31,269 nt of DNA from a virus. Under the pieces are notes generated by a model that ran no database searches, was not told the DNA's origin, and saw only the letters and a list, made by a program, of their open reading frames with translations. A program made the translations under genes and the position numbers. Below, one piece after another: positions 1-7,704 of this stretch; the first letter of the stretch is position 1, and every line of letters begins with the position of its first letter. Location of the stretch: the IMG/VR virus record IMGVR_UViG_3300045988_038873, positions 1-31,269 of that record; one strand, written 5' to 3'.

Positions 1-2
1 TT

Positions 3-455
3 ATGAATCTTTTTAAATTTTTAGTAGGTGCTGCAACCATTACAGTTGGCGCATGTGCAGTTGCTGGCAAAGTACGTCGTGATAAACAAAGACAGGAAGA
101 GTTAGATGAATTCTTATGCCCAGATATTGATGAACCTATTGAAAAAGAGATTCAACCAAGTGTAAGTCCATTAAAAAATATGGAATTGGATATTATGGGA
201 TTTAAAGAGGCTGAAGAAGAAATTCTTCCGGTCACACTTACATATAGCTTTGATTCTAAGGAGGCGGCTAAACAATTTCAAACAGAAATTGCTGAAAATG
301 GATTAACTTCTTCGTATGATGATGAAGACAAACTTGTGGATGTAATTTATCATGAGGGTGTAAATGAAAGTGATTTAAAAATTTTGTCAGACACACTTGT
401 AAATGCATGTACAAATACGAGTGCTGAATATAAAGGATTTCATTTTAATAAATAG
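3..455 (+). CDS. Hypothetical N-terminally membrane-anchored protein (probably host flank or a moron)
   Basis: 150-aa ORF with a hydrophobic N-terminus (FLVGAATITVGACAVAG) followed by a charged stretch. A strong hairpin terminator follows it. No family recognised. Confidence 0.55.
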   Translation: MNLFKFLVGAATITVGACAVAGKVRRDKQRQEELDEFLCPDIDEPIEKEIQPSVSPLKNMELDIMGFKEAEEEILPVTLTYSFDSKEAAKQFQTEIAENGLTSSYDDEDKLVDVIYHEGVNESDLKILSDTLVNACTNTSAEYKGFHFNK

Positions 456-481
456 TGGCTTGAGGGTGCTCAAGCCATTTT
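456..481 (+). terminator. Rho-independent terminator
   Basis: TGGCTTGAG-GGTG-CTCAAGCCA, a 9-bp perfect stem, followed by TTTT directly after the stop at 453-455. Confidence 0.8.
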
Positions 482-485
482 AATA

Positions 486-494
486 TGGTATAAT
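486..494 (+). promoter_or_regulatory. Extended -10 promoter-like element (TGgTATAAT) upstream of int
   Basis: TG at 486-487 and TATAAT at 489-494. No clear -35 element. It may be fortuitous in AT-rich DNA. Confidence 0.3.
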
Positions 495-530
495 ATATAA
501 AAGCCTATATATAAAGTATATATAGAAATA

Positions 531-551
531 TTGGCATATTTTTGGCATATT
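531..551 (+). repeat. Direct repeat TTGGCATATT x2 (11-bp period), a candidate integrase arm-type or regulatory site near attL
   Basis: Identical 10-mers at 531-540 and 542-551, between the flanking terminator and int. Confidence 0.5.
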
Positions 552-617
552 CTTTCATGAATTATGCCTTTTTTTATCCATTTTCTTGTGTATGATGTAG
601 AAAAAGAGGTGCAAGAA

Positions 618-1715
618 ATGGCAGCTAAAAAAGATGAAACAACAGGTAAATGGATGTATTATGGTTCATACAAATTGAATGGTAAAACCAAGCAATATAA
701 GAAGCGTGGTTTTGGAAAAAAGAAAGACGCTATAAAAGCAGAGATTATCTTCAAAGAAAATTTGAAAGAGCCAAACGCAACTATCATATTCAATGAACTA
801 TCTTATCAATATCAAGTATACTCGGAAAAGAGGATTAAGGAAAGCTCATACTTAACGCAAAGAGCTATATTGAAACTTTGGGAAGATAGATTAGGCGATT
901 GTGAAATAAGAAAAATCACAACAAATGAAATTGAATCTGTAATAAATGAATTGTTGGAATCCATGTCTTTTTCTACAATGGTAAATTGCTATGCAAAATT
1001 CAGAGCAGTTCTTAACTATGCAGTAAGGCAAGTATATATTCAAGTGAATCCATGCAATAAGATTGATTTGAAAAAAGACCCCAACGAAAAGAAAAAGGAA
1101 ATGAAATATTGGACGGTAGAACAATTCAACAAATTTATTGTAAATGAAGAAAAAGAAGTGTTTCATTTGTTATTTACAAATCAATTCTACATGGGCATGA
1201 GAATAGGCGAAGCGTTGGCTCTGCAATGGAAAGATGTTGACCTTATTAATAACACTATAAAGATAAGCAAAACGTGGTCAAATGCTCTTAGAAAAGCTAC
1301 TACGCCTAAAACAAATAACAGTTATAGAACAATTACTATGCCACAATTCTTAGTTGATGAATACAAGACATTTAAAGAGAAGATACACGCAAATGCAGAT
1401 GATTATATTTTCGGAACTACACTACCGTTCTATGTGAATAGAGTACAAGATGAATTAAAGCGTGTAATCAGAATAACAAATATCAAGCTACAGAAGGATG
1501 AGCAGATACCTATTATTAGAACACATGATTTAAGGCACTCATGCGCAAGCTATATGATTAATAATATGGTAACAAATGGAATAGTGAATTTCTCTGTATA
1601 CGATATTGCGAAAAGATTAGGTGATAACCTCGATACAGTGCTTTCAGTATACGCTCATTGGTTACCTCAAGCAGATAAAGGAATTGTAAAATTTATGGAG
1701 AAAGACAAATTTTAG
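618..1715 (+). CDS. int: Tyrosine recombinase / phage integrase
   Basis: ORF 564-1715. The ATG at 618 follows AAAGAGG. Catalytic signature: R in MGMRIGEALAL, HDLRHSCAS (H-x-x-R-H), and Y in LSVYAHW. The N-terminus is SAM-like (KWMYYGSYKLNGK..KRGF). Confidence 0.92.
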   Translation: MAAKKDETTGKWMYYGSYKLNGKTKQYKKRGFGKKKDAIKAEIIFKENLKEPNATIIFNELSYQYQVYSEKRIKESSYLTQRAILKLWEDRLGDCEIRKITTNEIESVINELLESMSFSTMVNCYAKFRAVLNYAVRQVYIQVNPCNKIDLKKDPNEKKKEMKYWTVEQFNKFIVNEEKEVFHLLFTNQFYMGMRIGEALALQWKDVDLINNTIKISKTWSNALRKATTPKTNNSYRTITMPQFLVDEYKTFKEKIHANADDYIFGTTLPFYVNRVQDELKRVIRITNIKLQKDEQIPIIRTHDLRHSCASYMINNMVTNGIVNFSVYDIAKRLGDNLDTVLSVYAHWLPQADKGIVKFMEKDKF

Positions 1716-1795
1716 TACTAAAAATTACCCTTGAAATATTTCCTTTAAAGGTATAACGTAAGAGTTAAATTTTTAAAAGGAAAGGAGGAAGCCAC

Positions 1796-1924
1796 ATGAC
1801 GAAGTACGAAATGTATGTATTAATTAATAGAATGTTAGAAGAATTAGAAGAAAAAGAAGTGGCAAGAGTTTATGAGTATACTCAACGGATTTGGATAAAT
1901 TCCACAGATGAAAAGAGCGATTAA
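1796..1924 (+). CDS. Small hypothetical protein (42 aa) downstream of int
   Basis: The ATG at 1796 is preceded by GGAAAGGAGGAA, and the gene ends at a bidirectional terminator. No recognisable Xis/HTH motif. Confidence 0.45.
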   Translation: MTKYEMYVLINRMLEELEEKEVARVYEYTQRIWINSTDEKSD

Positions 1925-1938
1925 TTTCGCTCTTTTTT
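1911..1938. terminator. Bidirectional intrinsic terminator between convergent genes
   Basis: AAAAGAGCGA-TTAATT-TCGCTCTTTT, a 10-bp stem with an A-tract and T-tract on either side. It sits between the + gene ending at 1924 and the - gene ending at 1937. Confidence 0.8.
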
Positions 1939-2542
1939 ATTGCAATGTAACTGAATCTATTGTTATGGGGTGTGAGTGCATTCTATCCCATCTAGCTCTC
2001 ACTTCAAAGTTGTATGTAGTTCCGTTTGCTTCGGCTTGCCCTCTAATTGTAAAGATGTTCTCGGCTCTTCTATAATCCCATTCTTCATAATCTTGGAATG
2101 TACATTGTGCCCCTGCATTTTCATTTACTGCATTTTCTACAGATTCATGAATACCGATTTTATCTGAATTTGTGATATATGCGTTAGTAATCTTTTGATA
2201 TACCTCACCTTTTTTATACAGAATAAAATCACCTTGATTAACAAGCTTTACCTTTCCTTTTTTAACAGTAGCGGTATAACTATTATCAAGATAGTTTATA
2301 GTAAATACATCTTTTTTATAATCTGTAATGTCAATATATTTCTTAGGAATACCTAGCTTTTTCATTACCTTAACAAGAGCTTTCATGTCCTTCTTTTTAA
2401 TTTTATATTCATTTGTTGCTTCTGATGTAGTTAAATATTGAACTTCGTTATTAAAAGCATATACATTTACAGGCATAAATAATCCTAAACATAATACTAA
2501 TGCAATGGCGATTGAATATCGCCTTTTTTTATAAATTCTCAT
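1937..2542 (-). CDS. Secreted or membrane-anchored hypothetical protein co-transcribed with the repressor (lysogeny moron)
   Basis: 201-aa ORF with a signal-peptide-like N-terminus (KKRRYSIAIALVLCLGLFMPVNVYA). Its start overlaps the repressor stop by 14 nt. Confidence 0.7.
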   Translation of the reverse strand: MRIYKKRRYSIAIALVLCLGLFMPVNVYAFNNEVQYLTTSEATNEYKIKKKDMKALVKVMKKLGIPKKYIDITDYKKDVFTINYLDNSYTATVKKGKVKLVNQGDFILYKKGEVYQKITNAYITNSDKIGIHESVENAVNENAGAQCTFQDYEEWDYRRAENIFTIRGQAEANGTTYNFEVRARWDRMHSHPITIDSVTLQ

Positions 2543-2903
2543 TGTCTAATTCCTTAATGATTCCATAAATGAAATCTAATAACCTTTCCTTTGTTTCTTC
2601 GCTTGATTTTAGATAAGCCTTGATAAGTGGCTTTTGATTTGGGTTGATTTGGTATTCATCAATTAATTCATCAATAGTGTTATCCGGCAATTCTAGAAAC
2701 ATATTGCCTTTACCCTCAGTTAACCAAAAGTAATCAACATTATATTCTTTACATATTAATTTGATTGTTTGGTCACTAGGATTGTTTACACCTTTTTCAA
2801 GGTGGTTAACACTGCTTCGAGTTATACCAATCTTCTTTCCGAATTTCTCCATGCTTAGGTTCAAGTTAGACCTAATCGCATATATTCTTTCTCCGATTGT
2901 CAA
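2529..2903 (-). CDS. XRE-family HTH repressor (cI-like, no peptidase domain)
   Basis: N-terminal HTH (LSMEKFGKKIGITRSSVNHLEKG). TTG start 8 nt after GAAGGAGG on the minus strand. It is divergent from the early operon. At 124 aa it has no S24/LexA-type C-terminal domain. Confidence 0.85.
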   Translation of the reverse strand: MTIGERIYAIRSNLNLSMEKFGKKIGITRSSVNHLEKGVNNPSDQTIKLICKEYNVDYFWLTEGKGNMFLELPDNTIDELIDEYQINPNQKPLIKAYLKSSEETKERLLDFIYGIIKELDNENL

Positions 2904-2962
2904 AGTACAAAACCTCCTTCATATACATGATATCACGTGAAAATAAAAAATGTATATCAAAG

Positions 2963-3052
2963 TTACAAAAACACTTTACAAAGTAGAGCTAATTTACTAT
3001 AATGTGTATGTAAGTTACAAAACATTACAAAATATTACAAAATATTACAAAA
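2963..3052. repeat. Operator-like TTACAAA(A) repeats. Four copies lie at an exact 10-bp period (3015-3052), with further copies at 2963-2970 and 2976-2982.
   Basis: TTACAAAA at 3015, 3025, 3035 and 3045. AGTTACAAAA occurs at both 2961 and 3013. One copy overlaps the -35 hexamer. Confidence 0.6.
2975..3003 (+). promoter_or_regulatory. Early rightward sigma-A-type promoter
   Basis: TTTACA (2975-2980), a 17-nt spacer, then TATAAT (2998-3003), located in the repressor/early divergent region. Confidence 0.6.
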
Positions 3053-3068
3053 CATGGAGGAACAAGAA

Positions 3069-3320
3069 ATGAGAAAAGAAATTGAAAAGTTGCTAGCAAG
3101 AATAAATTGGCAAATCGAAAGTAAAGAGCGCTCTCTAGAACAAGAAAAAGAATGGTTAGTTAATGAAGCACAAAGAGAAAATTTAAATTGCGTAAAGCGA
3201 AGTTGCGAAAGAATTGAACAACTTGAAAAGGAATTGTTGATTCATAAAACATACAAATACGAATTAGAAGGAATCTTAAAATGGGAGGATGAGGAAAATG
3301 AAATCACAAGAAGAAATTAG
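3069..3320 (+). CDS. Hypothetical coiled-coil early protein
   Basis: ORF 3054-3320. The ATG at 3069 lies 8 nt after GGAGG (3056-3060). Confidence 0.55.
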   Translation: MRKEIEKLLARINWQIESKERSLEQEKEWLVNEAQRENLNCVKRSCERIEQLEKELLIHKTYKYELEGILKWEDEENEITRRN

Positions 3321-3450
3321 AAAAAGACAACAAGAATATAAAGACAAAATGTTCAATAAATTCAGTAATGAATTTACAAGAAAGATTATTCTTCAAAAGC
3401 AAAATCAAATGCTTAGAGAAGAAATAGAAAGATTAAAAGCTAATCAATAA
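3298..3450 (+). CDS. Small hypothetical protein (50 aa)
   Basis: The ATG at 3298 follows GGAGGATGAGGAAA. The open frame ends at TAA 3448-3450. It is below the ORF-track size cutoff. Confidence 0.4.
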   Translation: MKSQEEIRKRQQEYKDKMFNKFSNEFTRKIILQKQNQMLREEIERLKANQ

Positions 3451-3464
3451 GGAGGGCACAAGAA

Positions 3465-3746
3465 ATGACGAACGAAGAAATTATCCAAAATGAAAAAAAG
3501 GTACTAGGAATGGGAGAGTTTGAACCTCTCCACACTTTCCAAAAATGGAAAGAAATGGGATTCAAAGTTAAGAAAGGTGAGCATGCAGTAACTTGTACAA
3601 AGTTATGGAAACCTAAAGCAAAGAAGTATACAGATACAAACGGAGAAGAAAAAGTCGAAAACAATTTCTTCCTAGCAAAAGCTTACTTATTCAAATTGAA
3701 TCAAGTTGAGCGAATCAATCAAAATGCAGAACCATTAATGAATTAG
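3465..3746 (+). CDS. Small ArdC-N-like (ssDNA-binding / antirestriction-type motif) protein
   Basis: The ATG follows AAGGAGGG. The motif HTFQKWKEMGFKVKKGEHAV resembles the ArdC N-terminal domain signature (..TFkQa.elGg.VrKGEkg..). The protein is only 93 aa. Confidence 0.4.
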   Translation: MTNEEIIQNEKKVLGMGEFEPLHTFQKWKEMGFKVKKGEHAVTCTKLWKPKAKKYTDTNGEEKVENNFFLAKAYLFKLNQVERINQNAEPLMN

Positions 3747-3751
3747 TCGAA

Positions 3752-3769
3752 ATAAGCCGAAAGGCTTAT
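3752..3769 (+). other. Stable hairpin with GAAA tetraloop (weak terminator or RNA processing site)
   Basis: ATAAGCC-GAAA-GGCTTAT, a 7-bp stem with no T-tract. Confidence 0.35.
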
Positions 3770-3795
3770 CTGCTAGAGTTGACCTACTAGTACTG

Positions 3796-3948
3796 ATGAT
3801 GACAGGTCATGGAGGTGAAACAATACTAGACAAAAGAATTTTTGAAGCCTTAAGCGAATTGCAAAAGAAAGGCTATGAGCTTTCGGAATTTTATCAAGGA
3901 TATATCGCTTGTATCTTAGATGAATCGAAAAGAGGTGAGAAAAAATGA
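3796..3948 (+). CDS. Small hypothetical protein (start ATG 3796, or ATA 3823)
   Basis: Open frame of 50 aa. The only good SD (GGAGG 3811-3815) lies 7 nt upstream of an in-frame ATA at 3823, not upstream of the ATG. Confidence 0.4.
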   Translation: MMTGHGGETILDKRIFEALSELQKKGYELSEFYQGYIACILDESKRGEKK

Positions 3949-4121
3949 GAACATATTTCGTAACCTTCGATGTGACTGCAAATGTCACATTCGAGGTTGA
4001 AGCACATGATGAAGTTGAAGCACAAGAAATTGCAAATCAATTGAATGTTAGAAACTTGGATGAAGTAAATAAAATCAATACTTGTGAATCTAGAATGGAG
4101 GTGTATGAGTGTGATTATTAA
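3945..4121 (+). CDS. Small hypothetical protein (58 aa)
   Basis: The ATG at 3945 follows AGAGGTGAGAAAAA and overlaps the previous stop (ATGA). Confidence 0.45.
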   Translation: MRTYFVTFDVTANVTFEVEAHDEVEAQEIANQLNVRNLDEVNKINTCESRMEVYECDY

Positions 4122-4362
4122 TTACAAAGCCTTATTAGATAAAGATGACTTAATTTCATTGTTTGAATGGGGTGATTTATCAATAGGAGGGCAACGAAAT
4201 AATGCACATAAAGTGATGAAATCAGTTCGTGAGCAATATGCAAAGGATAACGGAATTGATTGGAAAGATACATTCATTTATAAGAACGTATCGCAGAATG
4301 TAATCCCAACGGAAACATTTTTGAAATGTTGTCCGGAATTTAGAAAAAGCTTTAGGAGATAA
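4105..4362 (+). CDS. Hypothetical protein
   Basis: ORF 4084-4362. An ATG at 4105 or GTG at 4111 lies downstream of GGAGG (4097-4101). Confidence 0.5.
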   Translation: MSVIINYKALLDKDDLISLFEWGDLSIGGQRNNAHKVMKSVREQYAKDNGIDWKDTFIYKNVSQNVIPTETFLKCCPEFRKSFRR

Positions 4363-4365
4363 ATT

Positions 4366-4596
4366 ATGCAAGATATAAGAATGAACAGTATTCAAGATGA
4401 AGAAATGGAATTGAACATTTATCCATTTAATCCAAAACGAATACATTTAAGCAAGGAAGAAAAAGAACTTTTAAGAGAAAAAAGATATCAAAAAAGAATC
4501 ACAACGTGTGTGAATATTCTGTTATTCGCAACAATTATGATTCTATTAATGACTATCGCATGTTTTGGTAAAACGTATGGAATGTTATTTCAATAA
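4366..4596 (+). CDS. Small membrane protein (C-terminal TM helix)
   Basis: The ATG follows AGGAGATAAATT. The C-terminal hydrophobic stretch is VNILLFATIMILLMTIACF. Confidence 0.55.
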   Translation: MQDIRMNSIQDEEMELNIYPFNPKRIHLSKEEKELLREKRYQKRITTCVNILLFATIMILLMTIACFGKTYGMLFQ

Positions 4597-4695
4597 AAAA
4601 GAGGTGCGCACTCAACAAAGCACGCACACACAAGAAATGACGTTCTTAAAATAAGAACACATACATTATAGCAGATAAAGGAGGAAAACGGAAGA

Positions 4696-4914
4696 ATGAA
4701 AAAGAATAATGATATTAGAGAATTAGCAAAAAGAAATGGAATATGTTTGTGGCAAATTGCGGAGCGATTAGAAATAACAGATAGTTACTTTTCAAGAATA
4801 TTGCGAAAAGAATTACCAAGCGAAAAGAAAATGAAAATAGTAAAGATTATTAAAGAGATATCAGAAAATAGAAAGCAAGAATTAGATGATATTATCAATC
4901 AATTATCAGAATAA
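4696..4914 (+). CDS. Small HTH DNA-binding protein
   Basis: The ATG follows AAGGAGGAAAACGGAAGA. The HTH-like segment is IRELAKRNGICLWQIAERLEITDSYFSRI. Confidence 0.55.
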   Translation: MKKNNDIRELAKRNGICLWQIAERLEITDSYFSRILRKELPSEKKMKIVKIIKEISENRKQELDDIINQLSE

Positions 4915-4932
4915 AAAAGGAGAAACGGAAGA

Positions 4933-5598
4933 ATGGAAGAGAAGAAAATGAATGTATATGAAAAGCTATCTCATATACAAAACGAAATGAAAGTGGGGAA
5001 GAATCAATATAACAAGTTTGGTAAATATAGTTATAGGTCGGCAGAGGATATCTTAGCAGAAGCAAAAAAGATTTGTGTTAAGTATAGAGCAGCTCTAATC
5101 CTTACTGATGAAATTGAAGTCATTAAAGATAGATATTATGTCGTAGCCAATGCAATTTTAAACGATTGGGATTCAAATGAATCAATCGAAGTTAAGGCAA
5201 TGGCTAGAGAAGAAGAAAATAAAAAAGGAATGGACGCTTCACAAGTAACAGGTTCATGCAGTTCATATGCTAGAAAATATGCGTTAAACGGTTTATTCAA
5301 CTTAGATGATACAAAAGACGCAGATACAGATGAACAACATGAAGTCATTCAAAATGCACAAACAAAACAACAGAAAGTCGAAAAAAATGACAAGTTAGAT
5401 GAAATTCGTATGCGTTGTTTTAAAGCACAAAATGAATTACAGAAGCTAGGAATTGATACGCATTCAGAAGCGTTTTGTGAGCATTTAAAAGCCGAATATA
5501 AAATCAGTTCACAAGATATTCCTAATCTAAATGGAAACGGTCTAGTTGGATTAATTAAGGCATACGGAGCTATTTACAAAGAAAATGCGAAAGCATAA
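4933..5598 (+). CDS. erf: ERF-family single-strand annealing recombinase
   Basis: The N-terminal pattern VYEKLSHIQNEM..YNKFGKYSYRSAEDIL and the segment SYARKYALNGLFNLDD are typical of the ERF superfamily. The start could also be the ATG at 4948. Confidence 0.7.
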   Translation: MEEKKMNVYEKLSHIQNEMKVGKNQYNKFGKYSYRSAEDILAEAKKICVKYRAALILTDEIEVIKDRYYVVANAILNDWDSNESIEVKAMAREEENKKGMDASQVTGSCSSYARKYALNGLFNLDDTKDADTDEQHEVIQNAQTKQQKVEKNDKLDEIRMRCFKAQNELQKLGIDTHSEAFCEHLKAEYKISSQDIPNLNGNGLVGLIKAYGAIYKENAKA

Positions 5599-5611
5599 GG
5601 AGGAAAGAAAA

Positions 5612-5917
5612 ATGGAATTAGTAAACGTAACAAATGGACAAATTGAAATTCAAAAGGAAGCACTGAACAAATTGAAATCATTCAATGAGTACAAAAAAGA
5701 AATGGACAAATTAGAAAAGGAAGTTAAAAGGAACATCCAAACCGCTATGGAAGAAAACGGAATCAAGCAGTTTGAAAATGATGTCGTTAAAATCACATAT
5801 ACTTCACCCTCAACACGTACAGTGATTGATACAAAGCTAGTAGAAGAATTGGGCTTAACACATCAACTTTCTAAAGAAACACAAGTCAAAGGAAGCGTAA
5901 GGGTCACTTGGAAATAA
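5612..5917 (+). CDS. Hypothetical coiled-coil protein next to the recombinase
   Basis: The ATG at 5612 follows AAGGAGGAAAGAAAA. It is located between ERF and the Cys-rich protein. No firm family assignment. Confidence 0.5.
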   Translation: MELVNVTNGQIEIQKEALNKLKSFNEYKKEMDKLEKEVKRNIQTAMEENGIKQFENDVVKITYTSPSTRTVIDTKLVEELGLTHQLSKETQVKGSVRVTWK

Positions 5918-6204
5918 AACGAGATAAGTCAATTTTGCAAAAAGACATGTCTAAATGTTATGTATGTGGTTCAACATTGAATTTACATACGCACGAAATA
6001 TATTTCGGTACTTCTAACCGAAAGAAATCAATCAAGCATGGTTGCTATGTAAGATTGTGTGCAAAGCACCATAATATGAGCAGTGAAGGAGTTCACTTCA
6101 ATCACAAATTAGACATGAAACTAAAGAAGGAATGCCAAAAGGCATTTGAAGAAGTACACACAAGAAATGAATTTATGAAGATATTTCATAAAAATTATCT
6201 ATAG
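5908..6204 (+). CDS. Cys/His-rich zinc-binding phage protein (start uncertain: TTG 5908, ATA 5914 or ATG 5947)
   Basis: CYVCG..HTHEI..NRKKSIKHG..LCAKHH pattern. The ATA at 5914 overlaps the upstream stop as ATAA. Confidence 0.5.
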   Translation: MEIKRDKSILQKDMSKCYVCGSTLNLHTHEIYFGTSNRKKSIKHGCYVRLCAKHHNMSSEGVHFNHKLDMKLKKECQKAFEEVHTRNEFMKIFHKNYL

Positions 6205-6213
6205 GAGGTAAAT

Positions 6214-6444
6214 ATGCATTCATACAATGTTATCACGAATCAAGAATCATATCCTAGAGAAGTCTATTATTCTCAAGCTAAAAGAATTGAGGATTTAGAA
6301 AATTACATCATGGATGAGAATTTCAATCCATATCAAGATTCATGGACGGATGTTAATAGAATGAAAGAGCTAGGAATTACAGAAGAGCAAATGGAACTTT
6401 TTAGAATTCAAAAATTTGAAGAAATGGAGCAAATGAGATTTTGA
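6214..6444 (+). CDS. Hypothetical protein
   Basis: The ATG follows TAGGAGGTAAAT. 76 aa. Confidence 0.55.
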   Translation: MHSYNVITNQESYPREVYYSQAKRIEDLENYIMDENFNPYQDSWTDVNRMKELGITEEQMELFRIQKFEEMEQMRF

Positions 6445-6980
6445 AAACAAAACTAATAGGTAACTTCATCCGAAAATCAAGAAATGAAGATGGAAACCTA
6501 GAAATAACATTTGAATTAACTGAGCCAATGTACGAAGCATACGCTCAGAACCTTGTAAAAGGGGCGTATAGCGTAGTTATAGATTCAATAAGGTATTTAC
6601 GTACGAATGAGCAAAATCGTCTTATGTGGCATTTAATTAGTGAAATATGCAAAAACGATAATGCTATGTCAAATGATACATGGGACATGTATTGTGAATT
6701 TTTGAGAATGTCAAAAGCATGGTATACATATGTTTCTGTTGTTAAAGAAGGCTATGACGAATTGTGTCGAGCGCATGGAGTTAGAGCAGTACAGGCGTTA
6801 GGTACAGAAATAAGAAATAACGGAAAAGAATTTGTTAATTGTAGAGTATTTCTAGGCTCATCACAAATGGACACAAAACAAATGGGAGTATTAATTGATT
6901 GCATATTAGATTATGCCGAACAACTAGGAATCAGTACTCAATATTATTTAGATAAAGGAATCAAGGGGGAAGAAAAATAA
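6441..6980 (+). CDS. NinB/Orf-like recombination mediator (tentative)
   Basis: The TTG start overlaps the upstream stop. The RTNEQNRLMWHLISEI segment resembles the NinB RS..QN...W motif. Confidence 0.45.
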   Translation: MKTKLIGNFIRKSRNEDGNLEITFELTEPMYEAYAQNLVKGAYSVVIDSIRYLRTNEQNRLMWHLISEICKNDNAMSNDTWDMYCEFLRMSKAWYTYVSVVKEGYDELCRAHGVRAVQALGTEIRNNGKEFVNCRVFLGSSQMDTKQMGVLIDCILDYAEQLGISTQYYLDKGIKGEEK

Positions 6981-7345
6981 AATTTGTAATTAAAGGAAAA
7001 CTAGATGGATTGAATGAATATATTAGAGCTTGCCGAGCCAATCGTTACAAGGGAGCAGAAATGGTTAAAAAGAATGAGCGCTTAGTTATGGCTTATATCT
7101 TACAGGCAATAAATTTTGGTGAAGTTTACGAGGTTAAGAACTATCCTATCAAATTAAATATTGATTGGTATGAATCTGATAATAGAAGGGATATTGACAA
7201 CATTACATTTGCAACTAAATTCATTCAAGATTCATTAGTTAGAACAGGAATACTTGAGGATGATTCAAGGAAATACATTAATCAAGTGAATCATACAGTA
7301 TTTACAGATAAAGAGAATCCAAGGATAGAGGTAGAGATTTTATGA
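6977..7345 (+). CDS. rusA: RusA-like Holliday junction resolvase, apparent ATA start
   Basis: The open frame begins after TAA 6953-6955. The ATA at 6977 lies 6 nt after GGGGGA (6965-6970) and overlaps the upstream stop (ATAA). This restores the KFVIKGKLDGLNEY N-terminus. The track start (TTG 7010) truncates it. Confidence 0.65.
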   Translation: MKFVIKGKLDGLNEYIRACRANRYKGAEMVKKNERLVMAYILQAINFGEVYEVKNYPIKLNIDWYESDNRRDIDNITFATKFIQDSLVRTGILEDDSRKYINQVNHTVFTDKENPRIEVEIL

Positions 7346-7704
7346 GAGAGCAAGAAATGGCAGTAAACGTAGCAAAGCAAATTTACTTTGATGAATTCAA
7401 CTTGTTTTATCAAATTGCAGAAAGAAGCATAGGAGATACAAATTCAAAGGATGTATTTAATGAAGCGTGTACAGTTCATGATATTACCGAAGAATTTATA
7501 TATATGTTAGATGGATGTTATGACTACACAAAAGAGGGATTGTATAGGGTAGGAGTTAAAGCAATATATAAAGCATTGTACAAGCTTGATGCACCTTATA
7601 ACGATATTGAGATAAATTGCTATCTAGAATATATCGAAAAAATCATTGATGAAATCCTAAAGCAAGACGTAGTGCTTGGAGGTGAGCAAAATAGCAGTAA
7701 TTAG
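7342..7704 (+). CDS. Hypothetical protein
   Basis: The ATG overlaps the upstream stop (ATGA). 120 aa. Confidence 0.55.
   Translation: MREQEMAVNVAKQIYFDEFNLFYQIAERSIGDTNSKDVFNEACTVHDITEEFIYMLDGCYDYTKEGLYRVGVKAIYKALYKLDAPYNDIEINCYLEYIEKIIDEILKQDVVLGGEQNSSN

Noticed and set aside
891-1166. Antisense or alternate-frame ORFs nested in larger genes. These include 891-1166(-), 1976-2167(+), 3440-3664(-), 3773-3988(-), 4222-4446(-), 5136-5348(-), 9882-10085(-), 12085-12273(-), 13514-13735(+), 14376-14579(-), 19707-20075(-) and 20292-20483(-). Also 23594-23776(-), 23885-24145(-), 24527-24721(-), 24836-25054(-), 26433-26657(-), 27499-27741(-), 27738-27938(-), 28775-28987(-), 29916-30107(-) and 30780-30986(-).
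   Set aside because: All lie within better-supported genes on the other strand or in another frame. They lack SD sites and have low-complexity, F/L/S/I-rich translations typical of antisense reading of AT-rich coding DNA.
3015-3052. The short tandem repeats at 3015-3052, and the iterons at 8007-8120, as a CRISPR array
   Set aside because: The repeat units are 10-15 bp with no spacers of CRISPR size, and there are no cas genes. Operators and iterons are better explanations.
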